A stretch of DNA of 64,000 bases, from the IMG/VR virus record IMGVR_UViG_3300044591_000896, positions 51,480 through 115,479 of that record. One strand, given 5' to 3'. The DNA is from a virus. Within the stretch, counting starts at the first letter, position 1, and each line of letters opens with the position of its first letter. The notes beneath the pieces are model-generated. The model was not told the origin of the DNA and did no database searches. It worked only from the letters and a program-made list of their open reading frames with translations. Below are positions 18,484 through 27,139 of this stretch, piece by piece. The position numbers and the translations under genes were made by a program.

Positions 18484-19283
18484 TATAGTGTGAATACCTT
18501 TCCATCAACTACGCAAGAGTAGTCTGGCGCAACGTGAATCATATTGATGTGAGGATAGTCATTTACAATATGTGCAATAGCAAATCCTTTTTGCCAGTCA
18601 TGGTGCTGCATATACTTCATACCATCAGACTTTTCATCACACATATGCCCTAGTTCATACCCACGAAGTGTTTCACCCTCGCCATTATTTCTTAATTCAT
18701 ATGTAACTAAATGAGAAGCAATTCTATGTGAGTGCCCTCTAATTAAAGATATCTGTAGGTCTTCCATGTCTTTTCTAACTGAGCCTGTTGCTGCAATTGA
18801 GAGTCCGTGGTGAACATGGATATCTCCAAATCGGCGCTTTGGCAATTCGTTATAGTAAATATATTCATATCCTAATGAGTCTAAGCTCCATAGGGATTCT
18901 GGTGTAACCTCACTGATATACTCAGGAAGCTTTGCATCTACATAATTAAAGACTCTAATATCATGGTTACCCAGTGCTGAGAATAGCTGTGCGTCTGGCA
19001 GCATCTCTCTTGTCTTTGCATAAAAGTCTCTTGCGCCCTTTGCTTCATGACGCATCATAGGAACAATGAGATCTCCGCTTTCAGTCTTGTGATAGTTTAA
19101 GAACTCTGCTGAACGTCCCTCTGTGTACTTGCTATAGCAAGCCTGATCATCTGTGTCTCCCAAATAGTCAACCACATCTGGCTTAAACCATTTCATTACC
19201 TTAAACCATAGAGCAATCATCTTATCGTCTTGATAAGGGAACTGCTGGTCAGAGGATATCATCCATTTTAAATCGTTACTCAT
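18483..19283 (-). CDS. Calcineurin-like metallophosphoesterase
   Basis: SDQQ, LGD, GNHD, HHG, GHSH motifs. Confidence 0.85.
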   Translation of the reverse strand: MSNDLKWMISSDQQFPYQDDKMIALWFKVMKWFKPDVVDYLGDTDDQACYSKYTEGRSAEFLNYHKTESGDLIVPMMRHEAKGARDFYAKTREMLPDAQLFSALGNHDIRVFNYVDAKLPEYISEVTPESLWSLDSLGYEYIYYNELPKRRFGDIHVHHGLSIAATGSVRKDMEDLQISLIRGHSHRIASHLVTYELRNNGEGETLRGYELGHMCDEKSDGMKYMQHHDWQKGFAIAHIVNDYPHINMIHVAPDYSCVVDGKVFTL

Positions 19284-19299
19284 TGTTTACCTTTATACG

Positions 19300-19324
19300 A
19301 AAAAAGTCACGGGTACGTGACTTT
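19300..19324 (-). terminator. Intrinsic terminator at the structural/replication module boundary
   Basis: AAAGTCACG-TACC-CGTGACTTT hairpin ending in a T6 tract on the minus strand. Confidence 0.65.
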
Positions 19325-19338
19325 GATGTTACACCGTA

Positions 19339-19366
19339 AGTGTAACATATTTTATGCGGTTGTCAA
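19339..19366 (-). promoter_or_regulatory. Sigma-A/70-type promoter
   Basis: TTGACA-N16-TACACT with a TGn extension; the -10 lies inside the palindrome ATGTTACAC-N5-GTGTAACAT. Confidence 0.65.
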
Positions 19367-19368
19367 TA

Positions 19369-19818
19369 CTAGCTAAGCGTTTTGAATTGAACTGCTTGCC
19401 ATGATATAAATCCATTATCAATCTTTGTATCAGAATAGATAAATATCTTTGGATCATCTTTAAGGGTGTTTACGGAAATTGTAATGTTTTTGCCCTTTGA
19501 TCCTTCTGCACCAATGTTTCCATGGTATATTGCTGTAACATATGGGAGCGTTGTTTCTCCACTAAGATCAAATAGCTGGGAGCCCAGCCAGTTTATTGGA
19601 AAGCCTTTTACTACGCCCTTCTGTACGCCACTTACAGGTATTCTTCCAGCATCAATAATTGGAACTCTATTAATAGACTTCTGTCCAACTGTCGCATTCT
19701 GCAATGAAGCATTCTGCTTAAAAACACTTGTTATGTTTTGCTGAAGTATGTTTAATTTATTAGGGTCTAGTGGTTCCCCCTCCATAAAATTTACTGGTGT
19801 AAGTGTATAGTCTGCCAT
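19369..19818 (-). CDS. Hypothetical virion-associated protein
   Basis: End of the tail module; N-terminal F.EGEPLDPNKLN motif resembling fibre attachment segments. Confidence 0.6.
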   Translation of the reverse strand: MADYTLTPVNFMEGEPLDPNKLNILQQNITSVFKQNASLQNATVGQKSINRVPIIDAGRIPVSGVQKGVVKGFPINWLGSQLFDLSGETTLPYVTAIYHGNIGAEGSKGKNITISVNTLKDDPKIFIYSDTKIDNGFISWQAVQFKTLS

Positions 19819-19819
19819 G

Positions 19820-19969
19820 TTACTCTCCTACTTGCTGTGTATTTTCTTCAGGCTTGTTTGTTAAATTAGTTATTTCTGCACGAAGGATTGCTATATGTGT
19901 CTCATAATTTGAGACAAGCTCTCCAATACGTTGTTGTAGTGCCTGTACTACTAGTTCTGCTTTATCCAT
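19820..19969 (-). CDS. Small coiled-coil protein (49 aa)
   Basis: Below track cut-off; MDKAELVVQALQQRIGELVSNYETHIAILRAEIT..., with AAGGA RBS. Confidence 0.65.
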   Translation of the reverse strand: MDKAELVVQALQQRIGELVSNYETHIAILRAEITNLTNKPEENTQQVGE

Positions 19970-20002
19970 TTTATTCCTTTTCTACTTATCATAAGGATAC
20001 CA

Positions 20003-23000
20003 TTATCCTTCTAGGGCGTCAAGCCTATTTGAAAGGGCATCTATTTTTTGAGACATTTCTTGTATTGCTAAAATTAGTGAAGCATTAAGTCTATCGTATG
20101 CTATGCCGTCTGGCTGATTTTCTTCGTTATAATTTACAACTGTTCTTAACTGTGGAATATCATGTAAGTCTTCTGCTATCAAACCAGATAATATACGTGG
20201 GTTTCCATTATATCCAGTATCACCAATATAATTATATGTGACAGGCTTTAATAAATTAATTATATCTAGGTACCCAGACTTATCAATTTCATTTATGTTT
20301 TCCTTATATCTTAAACTGGATGTTTGAACTCTTAGAAAACCAGCGTCCTGAACTATTGAATTTCCAGAGCCCAAGCCAAGTGTGTTAGCAAATATTGGTC
20401 CAGTAGCATTTAGCTTAATCCTTGGTCCTGCTGTGGATCCAGGAGATGTAGTTCCTGTTGCATCTTGACTCCTATATCCAACCATTATGGAACCAGCAAA
20501 TCTTCCATCGTTCCATGGATATGCAATTGTTCCAAGATCAAAGTTAGCGGTAGTTCCAGAATAGTAAGGATACCAGTGTGTTGAGACTCCACCAGTTCTG
20601 CTAGATTCAATTCCTATTGCATTTACAACTACGGACTCTATACCATTTTTAGAAATTCTTGTATTAAAATAATAGCTATCGCCAGATTCGCCAGCTGTCA
20701 TTTTGGATGCTGTAAAGGTGACTCCAGATATTGAGCTGCCAGCAGTAATATTATTTGCTGTTATATCACCAGAAATTATTACTGAGGATGCTTGCAAAAC
20801 TCCAGCAGAAGATACGCTAAACTTACCAGAGCTATTTGATATTGCTCCATTTGCAGCAATTGTTAATGTATTTGTTCCGTCTGTTGCTGTGAAAGAGCCT
20901 CCAGAAACTGATCCATTAAATGTTCCAGTAGCTCCAGTTATGTTTCCTTTAAATCTAGCGCCTCCACTGGAGTCTATATAAAATTGTGGTCCTATTATAG
21001 ATCCATTACCATCAAGAACTATTTGCATTCCTCTTACTGAGAAAGGAGATGTTCCACCAACGCCAGTTGTTGGTGCTATCCATCCACCAGACTCTATAAC
21101 ACCTGCTCGAATCTTGCCACCAGAAATTGTTGTAGTATTGCTATTAACATCTGCCGCAGCTCCAGCTGCATTTATTTTGCCAGCAAGTCCAGTGCTTAGC
21201 GCTGTAGTTGTTGCGTAGTTAGATAAGTTGCCTTGTGCGTATCCAGTAATAGTTGCACTTGTCATAACAACTGATCCGTCTGCTCTTACATAAAATGGAG
21301 CAGATGTGCTTCTTGATCCACCCGCCCAGAAAACAATGTCAGATGGAGAGTTTGTATTCGGTGTAGCTATACCAGCTTGATACGTTGAGCTAGCTGCTGT
21401 TATCTGAGCTGTCGATGAATTAAGTGTTAATGTTCCAGAGCTGCTTGTTTTTGATATGGCGCTTGATGTTACATCCCAGTTACCAATAGAAGCAGATGCT
21501 GTAGTGAGCTTACCAGTAGTTCCATTAATAGTTGTTATACCATTTGTGCCTGCTGAGTTAAATGTAAGGCCACTTGAATTTAATATATATCCAGCACCAG
21601 ATAAATTTCCACCTACAATTGCACCAGAATATAATGAGCCACCGTTTGCAATATTAACGCTACCAGTAAATGATCCGCTTGCTGCATTTATATTTCCAGT
21701 AAGATAAAGGTTTGTTCCATTAAAGTACATAAACTGTGTATCTGTTCCAACACGCAATTGTCCTGTTGTAAGCCAGTAGTTGTTTTTGTTTCCCGTTTTA
21801 TTTAAAAGTATTCCATGATATCCGCCAACTGGTGAAGGTGAATTTGTTGGGGTAGTTGTTATAGAAGTATTAATTGAATCAGGTATTCCTGTTCCAAACT
21901 TAAACAGGTCTCCTGTTGCTCCACCAATTGCTAATATTGATTTTAATCTTGCTGCAGCATTTACAGCGGTTGCAGCAGAATCTGCAGCTGTGAAAGTCTG
22001 GGTTGCGCTGTATGTTTGTGTATTATTATATTGATCTACAGATGCAACTTGATAGTAATATGTTACATTTGGAATAAGCCCAGATGCAGTAAATGAACTA
22101 GCATTTGTAAATCCATATTCCCAATTTGGATTTGGCACTGTTGCTGGGTTATCTGGTGACCACCGAAGTCTGTAACCTCTTGTAGAAGTATCTGTTGATG
22201 CTGTCCAAGAAATCCTTGAAGACAAACTAAATCCAGTTTGGTCGTAAGCATCAACTGTTGCAACCGCACCTATTCCTGTCGGATTTGTTGGTGGAATTAA
22301 ATCTGCAACAACTACTGATTTAGGTGTAACAGAAACTGCTGTTCCGTATTGTCCAGCACTTCCGTTATTAGCAATAAATCTAGCTCTCACCCAACGCTTG
22401 TTTTGATTACTTCTTGTTATTACTACTGGATTAGATGATCCAGAAAAGCATGTCTCATATCCAAAAGCTGGGTCATTTGTTGCAGTTGACTCTACTTCTT
22501 GTATTTCAATGCTGCTAAATGTTTTATCTGCTGGTGTTGTGTATGCTACGGTATAGCCTTCGACTGCCTCTGTCACTGTTATTGTTGGTGCTGGTAAGTT
22601 ATTAACGTATACATGTGCACCAAATGTTACAGCTGTTCCAATATTGCCATATACATCTACTGTGGATACGGAGCCTGAGAATGATGTCTGTGGGACACCA
22701 AATGCCGCTGTGTTCTCTGCTAAGCTTAAAGCAAACTTTTGTGATGCAGCGTTAGTTGCTCTTAAAGTAAAGTCTCTTGTTGTACCATCATTAGCTGTTA
22801 ACTTAATTAGGTAGAAAGACAAATATTCATTTCCTGTTGCTGCGGGATTAGAATTAAATCCTATAGTAAAGTCTGTACCAGACCATGCTGGGACAATTGA
22901 TGTTGGAACTATTGGGGCATCTGCTTTTGCTGTTACATTTACAACTTGATTAAACCCAGACCATGCACCTGTTTTTGATACTGACCTTAGCTTTATATTA

Positions 23001-23410
23001 TAGTCACCTGGTAGTACTGGTATATTTATTGATCCACCTGTTGCTGGGATTGAGCCTTTGCTAATATATAGGTTATCTGCATCTGCCGCCCACTTTATGT
23101 AAACTTCAATCTTATCTAATGTTGCAGGATAAGACCCACCAGTAGAATTTTTGCCGTCCCATTTTACTGTAATGATTCCCTGTGAGTATGTTACAACTGC
23201 TGGGGATGGTGGTTGTGGAATAGATTCAGCAGGTGCGGTAATAACTTTTACTGCAGACCAATCTTCTCCAAATGTTCCATCCTTATACTTCCATCTAAAC
23301 TCTAATGGATAAATAGTTCCTGGTATCAGGCCTGGTATGGTTACAATAAAGTAATCGCCGTTGTCATATGACTGCGATGTGTCTTTAAGTAAATCCTGAT
23401 ACTCTGCCAT
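20003..23410 (-). CDS. Tail fibre/spike with FN3 domains and C-terminal S74 intramolecular chaperone
   Basis: FN3-like segments (GLIPNVTYYYQVASVD), Gly/Ser/Thr-rich shaft, TSSLRYKENI...GLIAEDL...coiled coil. Confidence 0.85.
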   Translation of the reverse strand: MAEYQDLLKDTSQSYDNGDYFIVTIPGLIPGTIYPLEFRWKYKDGTFGEDWSAVKVITAPAESIPQPPSPAVVTYSQGIITVKWDGKNSTGGSYPATLDKIEVYIKWAADADNLYISKGSIPATGGSINIPVLPGDYNIKLRSVSKTGAWSGFNQVVNVTAKADAPIVPTSIVPAWSGTDFTIGFNSNPAATGNEYLSFYLIKLTANDGTTRDFTLRATNAASQKFALSLAENTAAFGVPQTSFSGSVSTVDVYGNIGTAVTFGAHVYVNNLPAPTITVTEAVEGYTVAYTTPADKTFSSIEIQEVESTATNDPAFGYETCFSGSSNPVVITRSNQNKRWVRARFIANNGSAGQYGTAVSVTPKSVVVADLIPPTNPTGIGAVATVDAYDQTGFSLSSRISWTASTDTSTRGYRLRWSPDNPATVPNPNWEYGFTNASSFTASGLIPNVTYYYQVASVDQYNNTQTYSATQTFTAADSAATAVNAAARLKSILAIGGATGDLFKFGTGIPDSINTSITTTPTNSPSPVGGYHGILLNKTGNKNNYWLTTGQLRVGTDTQFMYFNGTNLYLTGNINAASGSFTGSVNIANGGSLYSGAIVGGNLSGAGYILNSSGLTFNSAGTNGITTINGTTGKLTTASASIGNWDVTSSAISKTSSSGTLTLNSSTAQITAASSTYQAGIATPNTNSPSDIVFWAGGSRSTSAPFYVRADGSVVMTSATITGYAQGNLSNYATTTALSTGLAGKINAAGAAADVNSNTTTISGGKIRAGVIESGGWIAPTTGVGGTSPFSVRGMQIVLDGNGSIIGPQFYIDSSGGARFKGNITGATGTFNGSVSGGSFTATDGTNTLTIAANGAISNSSGKFSVSSAGVLQASSVIISGDITANNITAGSSISGVTFTASKMTAGESGDSYYFNTRISKNGIESVVVNAIGIESSRTGGVSTHWYPYYSGTTANFDLGTIAYPWNDGRFAGSIMVGYRSQDATGTTSPGSTAGPRIKLNATGPIFANTLGLGSGNSIVQDAGFLRVQTSSLRYKENINEIDKSGYLDIINLLKPVTYNYIGDTGYNGNPRILSGLIAEDLHDIPQLRTVVNYNEENQPDGIAYDRLNASLILAIQEMSQKIDALSNRLDALEG

Positions 23411-23411
23411 T

Positions 23412-24344
23412 TTATAGGTTTAGGTCCAATCTGTATTCTACGTCTACTGTTCTTCCCGTTGTTTTGTATAGTGGTGAAGAAAGTATTGATCTACTTATAA
23501 TACCAAAGTTTGGATCAAATGTATCCTCATCGTTTATTCTGAGTCCGTCTGCGCCAATAGATGTCTGTTGTCCACTAATTGGTGTTACAACTATTCCAAT
23601 TCTATTAATGCTTGATATGTCTGGTCCATTTATTGCCCCCGCAAATAGTTGCTCTAGGTATATTTCGTCTGCTATTTTATACCCTACTCCACCTGCAGGC
23701 GTTATCTGTATCTGATAGTACTTGTCAACATCGCTATAGAATCTTATCTTTATATTTGAAAGATTTAAATCGTTTTGATAATAAACAAAAGATAGGGAGT
23801 CTAGCTTTGAATATCCAGATAAATCAATTGGGATTACTGACGTCACATATTCTTTTGATGATCCCGTTCCTGAATACATCTCAAGTGTGGTATCTCCAAT
23901 TTTTCCATTTACATAGCCAAGGGATGGGTTGCCTCCTGCTATCTCTTCCCAGTCTAGGGGACTTGAAAACTCTGAAAGAAACTTGCTATCATAATTATTT
24001 GAAGATGTTCTTGTTGATGGATAAATTCCAATTTCTGAAATTACACCAGAAACATCTTGTGGCAATGTTGCTTTATATACTACAGCATATGTAGTTCCAT
24101 CTGTATCAGTCTGTATATCTGTGCTATAAATTCCTACTGGTATTCTATAGAACTCAAACTCTAATCTTGTGTCGTCCGCCGTTGCTGCAGTTGACCCTAT
24201 TCCAAATGCCATATCTCTATCAGCTGTTTCTACCTTGCCAGCAAGAAGATTAGTTAAATATCTTTTACCAAACTTTGTTATAATATTTTTTGAACGGCCT
24301 ATCTCTTTGCCGTCTTCGTAATATATGTATGTACCTGTTATCAT
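23412..24344 (-). CDS. Minor tail/baseplate protein
   Basis: KNIITKFGK, FGIGST...DTRL, ISEIGIY motifs seen in tail-collar-type proteins; GGAG RBS before ATG 24344. Confidence 0.6.
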   Translation of the reverse strand: MITGTYIYYEDGKEIGRSKNIITKFGKRYLTNLLAGKVETADRDMAFGIGSTAATADDTRLEFEFYRIPVGIYSTDIQTDTDGTTYAVVYKATLPQDVSGVISEIGIYPSTRTSSNNYDSKFLSEFSSPLDWEEIAGGNPSLGYVNGKIGDTTLEMYSGTGSSKEYVTSVIPIDLSGYSKLDSLSFVYYQNDLNLSNIKIRFYSDVDKYYQIQITPAGGVGYKIADEIYLEQLFAGAINGPDISSINRIGIVVTPISGQQTSIGADGLRINDEDTFDPNFGIISRSILSSPLYKTTGRTVDVEYRLDLNL

Positions 24345-24354
24345 ATTATCTCCA

Positions 24355-25140
24355 TTACTTTGGCGTAGAATACTGTGAGTAGTATGTCTTTCCATTTGTT
24401 CCAACTACAACTGCTCTTACACGAAGCCACCTTGGGCTAGCTGTTGCAGATGTGTCTCCTTCATATGAGCTCACTCTATATGTTCTATTCTTACCACTAT
24501 CTCCAATTGTTTTTGAAGCAGAGGCAACAAAATCTTTAGTTCCGTTATCTAGCGCTGTTGCATTTTTACCAGCAGTTGTGCTAATTATCCATTCATAACT
24601 TACTGACTCGTATGAGCCCAAGCCTGTTGAGTTATTCCATCCCCAGGCAAGAGATGTATTGCTATTTCCATATCTACTAAATGTTACTGCTGGTACAGTT
24701 GGTGTAGGCGCAATAAATTTTTGTGGGTTACCAGATGGTGTCTCATTTACATTTCTAGGTGCAGCAGCATCAAATATTCTTGCATCTACTCCAGCAATGT
24801 TTTCTTTATTGTCGCTTGAGTTTCTAATTTTAATAAATGCCGTCATGGTTGTTAGCTTAGTAGCTGGGTCATAGTCTTCTTGAAATGTAATGCTTTCAAT
24901 GTCACTAAGATCTGGGACATCTTTTTTTATAGGCTTTGGCTTTGGGTCAGGCTCAGGTTCTGGCTCTGGATTTGGGTTTGGGTTTGGGTTTGTTGACCCA
25001 TCATCATAGGCAGAATCTGAACCTACATATGCAGCCTGAGCTTCTTTTTTGGTAACAAGAAATTTATTTTTGTTTAAAAATAGGGTATAGTCAATATCAT
25101 TTTCTGATACTACTGGTTGTCTTGAGTCATTTCTTGTCAT
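24355..25140 (-). CDS. Virion protein with Pro-rich linker and FN3-like C-terminus
   Basis: NPNPNPNPEPEPEPDPKPKP linker; WLRVRAV...YSQYS. Confidence 0.6.
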   Translation of the reverse strand: MTRNDSRQPVVSENDIDYTLFLNKNKFLVTKKEAQAAYVGSDSAYDDGSTNPNPNPNPEPEPEPDPKPKPIKKDVPDLSDIESITFQEDYDPATKLTTMTAFIKIRNSSDNKENIAGVDARIFDAAAPRNVNETPSGNPQKFIAPTPTVPAVTFSRYGNSNTSLAWGWNNSTGLGSYESVSYEWIISTTAGKNATALDNGTKDFVASASKTIGDSGKNRTYRVSSYEGDTSATASPRWLRVRAVVVGTNGKTYYSQYSTPK

Positions 25141-25146
25141 TTTATC

Positions 25147-25155
25147 ATTATACCA
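25147..25155 (-). promoter_or_regulatory. Extended -10 leaderless promoter (TGGTATAAT)
   Basis: 6 nt before ATG 25140. Confidence 0.65.
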
Positions 25156-27139
25156 TTTGTGTTCCTAATGATCTACAGGTAATTTCTGTAGTTAGGCCTT
25201 CCTTGTATGTGTGATATACGCCAGTAATAATAAATTTCTCTGTTCCGTCCAGACCTTGATATGTATACTTTACGCTTACAATATCTCCAGGAGACAGTAG
25301 TGGGTTTCCAAAAACCTCTGCTACTAATATTTTTCCTTTATTTACAACTGCATCTTTGATCCAGTATGCCAATGACTCTACATCATTTTCATTTTGTAGC
25401 CACATAGACTGAAAAACTATTGGCTCGTCACTCTTGTAGTCATTTTCTTTTACTGTAGAAAATTCTTGATCTGGGGTTTTGTTTATTTGATTTCCAAAAA
25501 CAAATAGACTGTTGGTCTTTGAATCTTCTAGCGGAACTGTTGTAGATGAATTGTTTAAAACAAATATATCTGTCCCATAAGCAGACGTTTTATTTCCCAA
25601 TATCTTTGCTGACTTATTTAAAGATAAAGATATGTCAATAGGCTTAGCTGGGCGTTCATCAAATTTTGTACTTAGTCTATATATCTCTCTTACTGTGGAT
25701 CCAAACTCTTCTACTGCACCTGGCTTTTTTGTAATTTCGTCATCTTCGCTTACAGAATTATATATAAAATCTCCAAATGATAAATCTAATATATCATTTG
25801 AGAACTGTCCTGCATAGAAATTTGTAGAGTACTCTGCTTTTTTATATTGCTCTTCTGTTATAGTGTCTGCATATACGTAATCAAAAAATGCTTTGCCTAC
25901 TGTAGTAAATAAAGATACACCTTTTTGAGGATAGATTGTTCCTGGAAATCTTTTATCATTACTAACCTTGTCTGTGGCAACAATTCTTTGGCCATTAATA
26001 AAACATATTATAGTTGTTTGTGATGGTGTGTACTTTACCTTTACATCAATAGCATATGTTATTCCTTGCTGAACACCAGCAAACATAGACTCTCTAGTTA
26101 TTTGAGAATCACTTAGAACTCTTTGCTCTGATCCGTCTACCTTTATTATCCTAAGAGGTTTTTTATTTGCATCAGAAGCATTTGCCTCTGTGCTTAGCTG
26201 TATAAAGTAACCTTTGCCCCCGTTTTCTGAAACAAAAAATCCTAGGCCTGCTGAATTTCTTCCATTTGAATTGACCTCTGTATCAAAGTAAACTGTGGTT
26301 CCAAAAGAATAATATCCATTAGGTTGTTGTAGTGCTAAGTAGTACTGACTATATGTTATAGCTGGGACAACTATTGAGTCAAAATCTTTATATACAATAG
26401 AAGTGTTATTTTTTATATTATTAAAAATTTCTAAGTATGACTTTCCAGATGTTTGATTTGCTAATGAGGCAGGAGATATTTTGTCTCTTGCAATTGGAGA
26501 ATAGTACGATGTCTTGTACTTACTTATGAGTTCTGAGTACTTGCTTATGTTCTCATCAAGAGATGGGTTACCTTTATACGGATTAATTCTAAAATCATAA
26601 TACCTTCCAGAATTTATTCCAGTTATAATTATATCCTGTATGGCTTTTCCAGTTGTAGCTCTTTCTGTTATAGGAGTTATTCCAGTTCCATCAAAAGAAA
26701 ATGTATTTGCAGTTACAGATATTACTTTCTTTTTTGATACATTAAATCTTGTAAATGTATTGCTTATAGTTACATAATCTCCTACCGCAAAATTGTGTGC
26801 ATTTGCAGTGAATGTAATTAAATTATTTGCACAAACTAATTTTGTTACATTGTGTTTATAAAATATTAACTTTCTTGTTGTGCTTCCTGGCCAAAGGTCT
26901 GATGGGGGTCCGTCTGGCGATTTTCCATCTGATGAAAACATTTGACGAGTCACAATATATCCGTCTGGGTCTATGCCTAGATCAATTTCTTTTACAGAAA
27001 TATGTATATTTATATTTGAGTTTTCAGCTAACCCCAGATCTTTATTTGATATCTCATGTACTGATGATGAGTATAACATGTCAATAACTGGTCCAGTATG
27101 TTGAGGATCTTCAATCATTTGTATTTCTGATAGTCTCAT
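25148..27139 (-). CDS. Minor tail (tip) protein
   Basis: C-terminal FGNPLLSPGDIVSV hub-like motif; ATGA coupling to the upstream gene. Confidence 0.65.
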   Translation of the reverse strand: MRLSEIQMIEDPQHTGPVIDMLYSSSVHEISNKDLGLAENSNINIHISVKEIDLGIDPDGYIVTRQMFSSDGKSPDGPPSDLWPGSTTRKLIFYKHNVTKLVCANNLITFTANAHNFAVGDYVTISNTFTRFNVSKKKVISVTANTFSFDGTGITPITERATTGKAIQDIIITGINSGRYYDFRINPYKGNPSLDENISKYSELISKYKTSYYSPIARDKISPASLANQTSGKSYLEIFNNIKNNTSIVYKDFDSIVVPAITYSQYYLALQQPNGYYSFGTTVYFDTEVNSNGRNSAGLGFFVSENGGKGYFIQLSTEANASDANKKPLRIIKVDGSEQRVLSDSQITRESMFAGVQQGITYAIDVKVKYTPSQTTIICFINGQRIVATDKVSNDKRFPGTIYPQKGVSLFTTVGKAFFDYVYADTITEEQYKKAEYSTNFYAGQFSNDILDLSFGDFIYNSVSEDDEITKKPGAVEEFGSTVREIYRLSTKFDERPAKPIDISLSLNKSAKILGNKTSAYGTDIFVLNNSSTTVPLEDSKTNSLFVFGNQINKTPDQEFSTVKENDYKSDEPIVFQSMWLQNENDVESLAYWIKDAVVNKGKILVAEVFGNPLLSPGDIVSVKYTYQGLDGTEKFIITGVYHTYKEGLTTEITCRSLGTQMV

